DNA of 24,180 bases from a virus (IMGVR_UViG_3300014862_000005:1-24180); one strand, 5' to 3'. Positions 1-6,335 are shown, counted from the stretch's first letter. Numbers and translations: made by a program. Notes: generated by a model from the sequence alone, not told the origin.

Positions 1-1
1 A

Positions 2-880
2 GGCCAGTGGGCGAGGTGGCCGATGGACAGCGTCACCCGGATGGAAGCACAGGACTGGGCCAACGTCACGAAGGCCAAACGCCGAGCTCGCCACAAAGGC
101 GTGGACGTCGAACCGGGCGCCGACGCACCGGTCCTGGCCGCGGCCACGGTGCATGCCGTCGTGCATGTGATGTCGTCACTGTTCGAGGCCGCGGTACGGG
201 AACGGCCGCCCATCGTCCTGTCGAACCCGTTCGCTGACCTCGACCTGCCAACCGTGCCGCCCTCCCCGATCGACTTCTACTCCCACGACGAGGCCGCCGC
301 GCTCCTACTCGTGCTCGAGCGGGACTACCCGCCCCAGTGGGCGGCACTGGTCGGTCTCGGGATGTGGCCGGGCCTGCGACCGGGTGAGATCTTCGGCCTC
401 CATGGGGACCGGGTGCACTGGCTCCGCAACCAGGCCGAGGTGACCCGGGTCCTTACCCGGGCCGGGCTCCGGGAGTACCCGAAGACGCGGAAGTCCCACC
501 GGCTCGTCCCGGTCCCGCCGTGGCAGATGCCCCGGCTTTCGGCCCTGATGACCGGCCGGCCGATGACCTCCCCCGTCATCACCGCACCGAAGGGCGGGAT
601 GGTCGACGACTCCGACTTCCGGCTGCGGATCTGGTACCCGGCGATCGAGAAGGCCGGGGTCCGCCGGCTCCCACCTCGTGCCATGCGGCACACTGCGGCC
701 AGCTGGCTGGTCATGGACGGCGTCGACCTGTACCGGGTGCAGGCCCTGCTCGGGCACGAGTCCTACGCGACTACCCAGAAGTACGCACATCTTGCTCCGG
801 ACGCGCACGACAAGGTGCTAGAGAGCTGGCGACGCACGGGTGACGCACGGTCCGGAAACACAAAGCAGGCCAGCGGCTGA
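2..880 (+). CDS. int: Tyrosine recombinase / phage integrase (5' end probably outside window)
   Basis: Catalytic motifs GLRPGE (Arg), PKT (Lys), RAMRHT (HxxR box), LLGH and TTQKY (Tyr). Frame is open from base 2 and the N-terminal arm-binding domain is absent, so the start is likely upstream of the window. Confidence 0.95.
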   Translation, partial: GQWARWPMDSVTRMEAQDWANVTKAKRRARHKGVDVEPGADAPVLAAATVHAVVHVMSSLFEAAVRERPPIVLSNPFADLDLPTVPPSPIDFYSHDEAAALLLVLERDYPPQWAALVGLGMWPGLRPGEIFGLHGDRVHWLRNQAEVTRVLTRAGLREYPKTRKSHRLVPVPPWQMPRLSALMTGRPMTSPVITAPKGGMVDDSDFRLRIWYPAIEKAGVRRLPPRAMRHTAASWLVMDGVDLYRVQALLGHESYATTQKYAHLAPDAHDKVLESWRRTGDARSGNTKQASG

Positions 881-907
881 ATCAGCGCGCTGGCCTGCGG
901 TTTCTTC

Positions 908-954
908 GGTGGGCGATACTGGGTTTGAACCAGTGACCTCTTCCGTGTCAAGGA
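908..954 (-). tRNA. 3' half of tRNA-Val(GAC), att core (not a complete tRNA)
   Basis: Minus strand TCCTT-GAC-ACGGAAGAGGTCACTGGTTCAAACCCAGTATCGCCCACC gives anticodon loop, T arm and 3' acceptor strand. No D arm or 5' acceptor strand upstream. Confidence 0.85.
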
Positions 955-963
955 CGGACGAAC

Positions 964-999
964 CCCTGGTCAACGGCTCACCCCCGCCGTTGACCAGGG
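964..999. repeat. Perfect 14-bp inverted repeat within attP region
   Basis: CCCTGGTCAACGGC (964-977) / GCCGTTGACCAGGG (986-999), followed by tandem CAGCCGTTGT repeats at about 1008-1033. Confidence 0.8.
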
Positions 1000-1054
1000 A
1001 AAGCAGACAGCCGTTGTCAGCCGTTGTCAGCCGACAGCACGGCTTCGTGACGCA

Positions 1055-1522
1055 TCAGCGACGCATGGGCCCATCGTCCTCGTCGCGCGGCTGGGCGGCC
1101 AGCCGCTCCGAGATCCGCCGGCCAGCTGCGATGATGTCTGGCGTCAGGCCGGCGACCGCGATGTTCGGCTGGTCACCTTCTCCGGTTCTCGCGACCACGC
1201 CCTTCGGAAGCATCGACGCGGTGACGACTGCGGTACCCATGACTCTCGCCCGGGGCAGTGGGCCTGTGTCCATTGCCATGTTCTCCAGACGATCCAGCCG
1301 GTTGGCCACCTGACTGCTCATCTGCTCCAGCCAGGTGCGGATCAGCCGGACGGCCAACCACAGGGCCGCCCCGAGGGTGGCCATGACGAACATCAGTCGT
1401 AGGTCGGCCCGGAACCGTGCCGGGTCCTGGGCCAGAAGCGCGATGTCGATGGAGACCAGTGCCACGACGCCGATCAAGATGAGGACGAGCACCCCGACGG
1501 GTACGCGGTAACGCTGAGACAT
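1055..1522 (-). CDS. Hypothetical membrane protein (2 TM)
   Basis: RBS GGAGGGG before ATG; two hydrophobic N-terminal segments. Confidence 0.75.
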   Translation of the reverse strand: MSQRYRVPVGVLVLILIGVVALVSIDIALLAQDPARFRADLRLMFVMATLGAALWLAVRLIRTWLEQMSSQVANRLDRLENMAMDTGPLPRARVMGTAVVTASMLPKGVVARTGEGDQPNIAVAGLTPDIIAAGRRISERLAAQPRDEDDGPMRR

Positions 1523-1729
1523 TTCACCCCTCCAGTTGGTTGATCACCAATGGGGCAACAGGACGCAGGACGACGTCCGTCGCTGGAACTGCCGGGGCAA
1601 CCGGGGTCCGGGGCTGGAGCGGCCGAAGCTTCACTAGGTGTTCTAGCTATCCGCAGATGCGCACGTTGCGCAACCATATGATCACAGGAATGGCGGAAGG
1701 TATGAGCGCCAACTGGATGATCGGCTACG

Positions 1730-1966
1730 TCAATCCGCAGATGCAATCGGCGGATGCTGCGACACCCACCACCCGGCGCCCGGCACGGTGACCACCCACC
1801 CTGCGATCCGGAGCCGGTCGACGGCCACCCGCACGACCTGCTGTGACACGTCGTGTTCCTTGCGCAGTTCGCGGGCGGAGGGCAGTTTGGTGCCGGGCGG
1901 CCACTCGCCGGACTGGATCCGCGAGATGACAGCATCCATTAACGCCTGGGTCTTGCTTCTGGTCAT
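1730..1966 (-). CDS. GntR-family winged-HTH regulator (HTH only)
   Basis: RIQSGEWPPGTKLPSARELRKEHDVSQQVVRVAVDRLRIAGWV..PGAG is a typical GntR HTH; RBS AGGGAG before ATG at 1966. Confidence 0.9.
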   Translation of the reverse strand: MTRSKTQALMDAVISRIQSGEWPPGTKLPSARELRKEHDVSQQVVRVAVDRLRIAGWVVTVPGAGWWVSQHPPIASAD

Positions 1967-2178
1967 GGTGATCTCCCTGGCAGGTGATGCCATGTGATCA
2001 CACCTTCCCGAATCGGTCAACGCCGGCCCTTGACGTAGGCCGGTCATCACCTGTCATCATAGGTGGACCCCCGGAAACCCTGGCAGGAATTCGGGAGTCG
2101 CGGCGGCCGGGTGCCCAACGCAGGCCGTGTTCGGGCCCGGTCGCCGCACCCCGAGGTCTCACCGAGGGAGCAGCAGCC

Positions 2179-2259
2179 ATGAAGTCCTTCGCTCGGATCG
2201 TGGATTGTATCCCCGCGTTCGTCCTGGGTGTGGTGGTCCTGTTGGTGTGGCTCCGATGA
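2179..2259 (+). CDS. 26-aa hydrophobic micro-protein
   Basis: RBS GAGGGAG; MKSFARIVDCIPAFVLGVVVLLVWLR; ATGA overlap with next ORF. Confidence 0.55.
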   Translation: MKSFARIVDCIPAFVLGVVVLLVWLR

Positions 2260-2360
2260 ACCTCGACGCCCTAGGCCGGCGCATCGCTGTCGTGGTTCTA
2301 GTGTTCACCGGAGTCGAGGCGGCACTCCTGCGCTGGCTCGTTGACGTCTGGTGGTCGTGA
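2256..2360 (+). CDS. 34-aa single-TM micro-protein
   Basis: Coupled by ATGA/GTGA overlaps at both ends; hydrophobic core. Confidence 0.55.
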   Translation: MNLDALGRRIAVVVLVFTGVEAALLRWLVDVWWS

Positions 2361-2545
2361 CCGACCTCGAGCAGGCCCAGATGGCCCGCCTCGTCCGGGA
2401 CGAGCACGCCGCGGGCGTTTGCGACGAGTGTCACGGGATCGGGCCCTGCTCCCGCTACAACCTGTGGTTCCCGCTCATCGCAAAACTGCCCCGTCCTGAG
2501 CCTGAATGGCTGGGCGGGGACGACGCGATGAGGTGGTGGATATGA
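2357..2545 (+). CDS. Small protein with H/CxxC/C putative metal site
   Basis: EHAAGVCDECHGIGPC motif; GTGA/ATGA coupling. Confidence 0.6.
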   Translation: MTDLEQAQMARLVRDEHAAGVCDECHGIGPCSRYNLWFPLIAKLPRPEPEWLGGDDAMRWWI

Positions 2546-2709
2546 AGATCCCCGTTGTCACCGGGACCGGCCGACGGCTGGAGTTGGACAGCGTCAACAT
2601 GGACCGGCTGATCGTGGCCGAGGCGTGCGACGAGATCGACCCGCGGTTGTGGGGCCTGTTCGCCGCAGTTCTAGATGTAGGGCTCCCAGCGGTCGAACTG
2701 ATCAAGTAG
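2542..2709 (+). CDS. Small hypothetical protein
   Basis: ATGA overlap, upstream GAGGTGG RBS-like sequence; its 3' end overlaps the convergent gene. Confidence 0.5.
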   Translation: MKIPVVTGTGRRLELDSVNMDRLIVAEACDEIDPRLWGLFAAVLDVGLPAVELIK

Positions 2710-3306
2710 GTCCGACACGGCTAGGAACAGCTGCATCTCGTCAACGGTCTGGGCTTGGCCCACCGTGGACAGTTTCCGAGCGGCGTCCTGCGTATCGGCG
2801 ACGAGCCGGGCGATCTCTGCTGGCGGGGCGCCGATGTACGCAGGAGCGCCTAGCTTGGCCGCTCCCTGCAGTTTGAGATCAAGGATCTGGCCGGCCATGC
2901 CGAGGCTGAGCGCCGCTATTGGGCAGGTCGCTAGGCGGGGGGACCGATTCCAGCAGTTGCGGTCATAACTGGACCAGTCCTTTCGAATGTCGGTTATTGA
3001 CGAGTTCACGATCCCGGCGTACTGGCCAATGGTCGCCACCGCGGCCGCCGATGACGTGGAAGCAGGCGTCATGGTCGGGGTGGCGGTCGGGGTAGCCGCA
3101 CCGTCGCCCAGGAAGTAGGCGGCTCCCGCGGCGAGTGCAACCACGCTGACTGCCGCACAAACAGCCGGCACAAGCCATGGACGGCGTGTTTTCGCGGGCG
3201 GGCTAACCGGCAGGACTGATGCAAGGGTGAACGGCTCCGACGGGCCGGGAATGATGGGTGGCTGGGTCACGGACTCAGGGTGGCGAGTCACTTCCGTGAT
3301 CGGCAC
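2671..3306 (-). CDS. Membrane-anchored hypothetical protein
   Basis: Pro-rich N-terminus, RRPW followed by a TM helix, Thr/Pro linker and helical domain with two Cys; start uncertain. Confidence 0.7.
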   Translation of the reverse strand: MPITEVTRHPESVTQPPIIPGPSEPFTLASVLPVSPPAKTRRPWLVPAVCAAVSVVALAAGAAYFLGDGAATPTATPTMTPASTSSAAAVATIGQYAGIVNSSITDIRKDWSSYDRNCWNRSPRLATCPIAALSLGMAGQILDLKLQGAAKLGAPAYIGAPPAEIARLVADTQDAARKLSTVGQAQTVDEMQLFLAVSDLLDQFDRWEPYI

Positions 3307-3335
3307 TGGATGATCGGATGAGGTCGCTCCGAGCC

Positions 3336-3743
3336 TCAGGCAGGCGCTTCAGCCCGCTCCAGGAGGAAGGGCCGGCTCATGTTGTGCGGCACGTACCACT
3401 TCCGCGGCCGGAGGTAGGAGAAGATCATCCCGACCGACGCGGATGGGGCCACAGTGAGCACGTCGTCAGTCGGTACCGTTTCGTCGGTCACCGTCATCGT
3501 GAACAGGCCAAACCCGAACGGGCTGTCCTCGTCCTCCAACGCCACCATCACCCGCGGGCCCGTATCGTGGAGCAGCATCTTCGCGAAGACCTCGATGAAC
3601 GGCTCGCCATCGCCCGCCATGATGATGTGCTGCCCACCGGCCCATCCGGACCGAGTGAGGTAGGCCCTGAACTCGGCGTTTCGCAGGAGCTTGGCCAGCG
3701 CGAAGCCAGCTGCCGCCGGCCGGCTGTTGATCCCTACGCTCAT
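3336..3743 (-). CDS. Hypothetical protein, coupled partner of upstream gene
   Basis: ATGA overlap with the stop of 3740..4168; GGAGG upstream. Confidence 0.65.
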   Translation of the reverse strand: MSVGINSRPAAAGFALAKLLRNAEFRAYLTRSGWAGGQHIIMAGDGEPFIEVFAKMLLHDTGPRVMVALEDEDSPFGFGLFTMTVTDETVPTDDVLTVAPSASVGMIFSYLRPRKWYVPHNMSRPFLLERAEAPA

Positions 3744-4168
3744 TGCTTCCACCTCCGGATGGACTCTTCCCACTCTGCCTGCATCAAGTCAATGCCTTCG
3801 TCGTACCAGCGACCGATCAGATCGGTCCCACCTGCTTGCGAGATGAACTCGAGGTCGGTGACCATCCCGACGTCATCGTCCGGTTTGTCCTGACGAAGCT
3901 GGTGGCGATGAACCATGTTGTGCTCGGTGTCGATCCGGCAGATCTGCACCCAGGAGCCGGACATCCAGGCCATCTGCATTGCCGCGAACTCCACCACCTG
4001 CCACTGCTGCCACAAGACGAGGCGCGAGCGGATCTCGTGGCCGGCGGCCAGAACGACCGGGATCCCTGGCCATTCCTCACACTCCTCCGGTGGCGGTGGA
4101 TCAAACGGTGGCTCAGGAGGAGGGTAGATCGTCAGGTCAGCCACCCGCCGCCTTGCCCTACCCGTCAT
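3740..4168 (-). CDS. Hypothetical protein resembling DUF7718/TumE-like toxin families
   Basis: ICRIDTEHNMVHRH resembles the R-x-D...H...HxH motif of these families (from memory). RBS GAGGGG before ATG 4168; TATGAT -10-like box near 4200. Confidence 0.55.
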   Translation of the reverse strand: MTGRARRRVADLTIYPPPEPPFDPPPPEECEEWPGIPVVLAAGHEIRSRLVLWQQWQVVEFAAMQMAWMSGSWVQICRIDTEHNMVHRHQLRQDKPDDDVGMVTDLEFISQAGGTDLIGRWYDEGIDLMQAEWEESIRRWKQ

Positions 4169-4282
4169 CTCAATCTTCCCCTCGGTAACGAGGCGCTCAT
4201 CATAGAGTGACGGATACCACTGCCGACTGTAGTCCTTTCGGCTCAATCGGGTGGATCAAGCACGAAAGCACGCCCACTTCGA

Positions 4283-4492
4283 TCACCGGGACGCTCCTCG
4301 AACGCCCCGCGAGATCTTGTAGACCGCGTCGCGGGTGTAGCCGGATGCCTTGATGACCTCGGCCAACGGCGCGCCCGCATCCAATGCCTCCCGGACTGCG
4401 GCGACAAGCTGGGGCCGGAGCTCGTCGAGCTCGGCGCGGAGCCTCTGGGAGCGCTTGCCGAGGCGGCGGAGTGGCTCGATGTCGTGCGTCAT
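4283..4492 (-). CDS. Small HTH DNA-binding protein (putative autorepressor)
   Basis: AVREALDAGAPLAEVIKASGYTRDAVYKI is HTH-like; the ATG lies 7 nt after a TATGCT -10 box, suggesting a leaderless mRNA. Confidence 0.8.
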   Translation of the reverse strand: MTHDIEPLRRLGKRSQRLRAELDELRPQLVAAVREALDAGAPLAEVIKASGYTRDAVYKISRGVRGASR

Positions 4493-4499
4493 AGCACTC

Positions 4500-4598
4500 A
4501 GCATACGTGTCTGTAGACGCGTATGGCCAAACGGTGTAGAGAACTGACCGAAAGTACTACCCTCGCGTATAGCCGTATGCAGACGCGTCTGCTACTCT
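4500..4598. promoter_or_regulatory. Divergent promoters, each with an AGACGCGT-containing palindromic operator in the spacer
   Basis: Minus: TTGGCC-19-TATGCT with near-palindrome CATACGTGTCT-GT-AGACGCGTATG (4502-4525). Plus: TAGCCG-17-TACTCT with perfect palindrome GCAGACGCGTCTGC (4579-4592). Confidence 0.65.
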
Positions 4599-4608
4599 GG
4601 AACTTAGA

Positions 4609-4647
4609 GGGGAAAAGAAGGCCCCGAAAATCTTGACAACTGAACAG
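4609..4647 (+). promoter_or_regulatory. rrn-leader-like boxB/boxA antitermination element
   Basis: GGGG-purine loop-CCCC hairpin (4609-4625) then TCTTGACAACTGAACAG, resembling Gram-positive rrn boxA (TCTTTGAAAACTGAACA). Confidence 0.5.
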
Positions 4648-4817
4648 CGATAGCAAAGACCGAGCCGGGACGAGATCCCCGGCACCCAGCCCGAGGCGAA
4701 CGACGCAGCGCAGAACGCACTCCACGCGGACCGGCGCCCGGGCAAGGACTTCAAGGCCTCGAAACCAAGAGGTCCACGGACGCCCCCATCCGAGGGGCCA
4801 CGGGTTAGGAGCCCGCC

Positions 4818-4976
4818 ATGGACACCAAGGCCTGCGAGATCTGCAAGACCACCGAGACCGAGACCAACCGCGTGGCGCCCGTCAACCTGGGTGCCCGGCC
4901 GGCCCTCGTCGACGTGTGTGACATCTGCTGCGAACTCCTCGCCGCGGACCTTGCCGTTCTCTCCGCTCTGAAGTGA
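4818..4976 (+). CDS. 52-aa zinc-finger-like protein (not in ORF track)
   Basis: RBS AGGAG; MDTKACEICK...VDVCDICCELL has two CxxC motifs. Confidence 0.7.
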   Translation: MDTKACEICKTTETETNRVAPVNLGARPALVDVCDICCELLAADLAVLSALK

Positions 4977-5052
4977 CCGAGTCCGGCAGGTGCTGTGAGG
5001 CCCTGCCGGGCACTCACCCCCACGTCAGGTGGGGCGGCGACAGGAGGTCGCC

Positions 5053-5223
5053 ATGACCGAAACGCCCAGCAAGCAGTCGCTTCTCGCCAAGTACGACCGG
5101 CTCTGCTCCGACATCAACTACGCCGAGCAGGCCGGGCTGAGTAACGAGTTCCTCCGCCGGCACTACGCGGCCGCGGAGAGGCTGAACGCGAAGGCGGTCG
5201 CGGCAGGCTACGGCCCGCTGTGA
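5053..5223 (+). CDS. 56-aa helical hypothetical protein
   Basis: Strong RBS AGGAGG; flanked by hairpins. Confidence 0.75.
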   Translation: MTETPSKQSLLAKYDRLCSDINYAEQAGLSNEFLRRHYAAAERLNAKAVAAGYGPL

Positions 5224-5257
5224 CGGTCACGCCCGCCGGGAGCGTCATCCCGGCACC

Positions 5258-5363
5258 TGCCCCGAGCACTGGTAGTGCAACGAGCGACCTGGACTGGCTG
5301 GACGCGGACGCGGCGTCGGGTTCGGGAAGCGCAAGGAGGGTCGGTTCGAAACCGACCGGGGCA
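5258..5363 (+). ncRNA. tRNA-like element 1 with expanded anticodon-arm domain
   Basis: Acceptor TGCCCCG/CGGGGCA, D arm GCAC-TGGTA-GTGC, T arm GTCGG-TTCGAAA-CCGAC; about 60 nt replace the anticodon and variable arms. Confidence 0.65.
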
Positions 5364-5382
5364 CGAAAGGAGGTGGTCCACA

Positions 5383-5526
5383 GTGGAGGCCATCATCAAC
5401 AAGAGGTGCTGTGTCCAGTGCGACAACGGTGGAGCCGGGTCCCTTGAGGATCCGCCCATCGTTCCGTGGTGGATGCAGATGGTGGAGGAGCGCACCGACG
5501 AGGAGCGCGAGCTCACCGAATCCTGA
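5383..5526 (+). CDS. 47-aa hypothetical protein, acidic C-terminus
   Basis: RBS AAAGGAGG 9 nt before GTG; CCVQC motif. Confidence 0.65.
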   Translation: MEAIINKRCCVQCDNGGAGSLEDPPIVPWWMQMVEERTDEERELTES

Positions 5527-5579
5527 CACCTCCGGTCCGGCCGGTCTCGTACCGGTCGGAGCCGTGGCCGTCAGGCCAA
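5522..5579 (+). repeat. Structured intergenic module, copy 1
   Basis: CCTGACACCTCCGGT-[hairpin]-GCCGTGGCCGTCAGGCCAA; CCTGAC pairs with GTCAGG. Confidence 0.85.
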
Positions 5580-5620
5580 ACCGAGCCAAGCGGATCTTGG
5601 CCAGTCGGAGGGAGACCGAC

Positions 5621-5839
5621 ATGAGGTACACCACGAAGGACGACGCGATCGAGCAGGCGTTCCCCGAGGACGTCCGCGAGCCGGGCTTCGACGTCGATGC
5701 GATCTTCGCCGCGACGTTCGAGTACCGGGTCGACAAGGACGCCGACGGGAACGAGCTGCTCAACACGGCCGGCTTCGAGCAGGTCGTGAGCGAAGAGCGG
5801 TTCTGGGAACTCACCCAGGAGCACGCCCGCGAGTCCTGA
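5621..5839 (+). CDS. 72-aa acidic phage protein
   Basis: RBS GGAGGGAG; D/E-rich MRYTTKDDAIEQA...FWEL. Confidence 0.8.
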   Translation: MRYTTKDDAIEQAFPEDVREPGFDVDAIFAATFEYRVDKDADGNELLNTAGFEQVVSEERFWELTQEHARES

Positions 5840-5844
5840 CCGGA

Positions 5845-5873
5845 CAGTTCCCCGCGCACGCGGGGTTGGACCT
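5845..5873 (+). CRISPR. Solitary type I-E CRISPR repeat (candidate Racr)
   Basis: CAGTTCCCCGCGCACGCGGGGTTGGACCT aligns without gaps to the I-E repeat (E. coli GAGTTCCCCGCGCCAGCGGGGATAAACCG), with the hairpin and 8-nt tail. No second copy or cas gene seen in the window. Confidence 0.75.
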
Positions 5874-5933
5874 GACACCTCCGGTGGGGCTCGGCCCGAA
5901 AGGTCCGAGCCACCGCCGTGGCCGTCAGGCCAA
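5871..5933 (+). repeat. Structured intergenic module, copy 2
   Basis: Same 15-nt 5' end and 19-nt 3' end as 5522-5579, but a different internal GAAA-capped hairpin. Confidence 0.85.
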
Positions 5934-6116
5934 GGCCCAGCCGTCGAGCCTCAATCGACGCCCAGGGATGCCGACGGGTAACACGGCAGCCGCGACGCCA
6001 GCGTAGGGGCGAGGGAAGACGACGCCACAGAAGGTCTCTACCGGTTCCGGGGAATCAGGAGAACGGAGCAGCCGCGGGAATCGTGGCGCCGCCCGCCAGA
6101 GCGCATCTGGCACCTC

Positions 6117-6186
6117 GGGTGGTCGCAATAAGGAGTGCGCCAGGCACCGGGCCTGGTCGGCGGTTCGAATCCGCATCCATCCACCA
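6117..6186 (+). ncRNA. tRNA-like element 2 (non-canonical, ends in ACCA)
   Basis: GGGTGG/CCATCC acceptor plus ACCA, D arm CGCA-ATAAGGAG-TGCG, CCAGGC-ACCGG-GCCTGG arm lacking U33, T arm GCGG-TTCGAAT-CCGC. Confidence 0.7.
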
Positions 6187-6335
6187 ACACTCTTCACAGC
6201 GCAGCGACGTCGAGCCCAGCTCCGTCGGCGACGCCCCGAGGCCCCCGGTCCGGCTCGACAGCCGAGCGGGAGCCGAGGCCCTCGGGCCGAGCATCCCACC
6301 CCCCAACCAGGGGGGTCTATGGGGAGGGAGACCCC

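Larger units (their letters stand above)
829..1068. mobile_element. Phage attachment site attP (core plus arm-type sites)
   Basis: tRNA-derived core at 908-954, flanked by two tandem pairs of 11-bp G(C/T)GACGCA(C/T)NN repeats (829-850 and 1047-1068). Lies at the end of the integrase gene with phage-like genes on both sides. Confidence 0.8.

Noticed and set aside
908-954. Functional tRNA-Val
   Set aside because: Only the 3' half is present; interpreted as the att core.
5522-5579. Assignment to a known ribozyme class
   Set aside because: Could not find hammerhead (CUGAnGA/GAAA), HDV, twister or pistol cores by eye; left unassigned.
5845-5933. CRISPR mini-array
   Set aside because: No second repeat at spacer distance or elsewhere in the window; only a solitary repeat.
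5918-6335. ORF 5918..6529 and the N-terminal extension of 6135..6920
   Set aside because: Arg/Pro-rich low-complexity translations with no RBS, overlapping structured RNA; the RBS supports ATG 6336.
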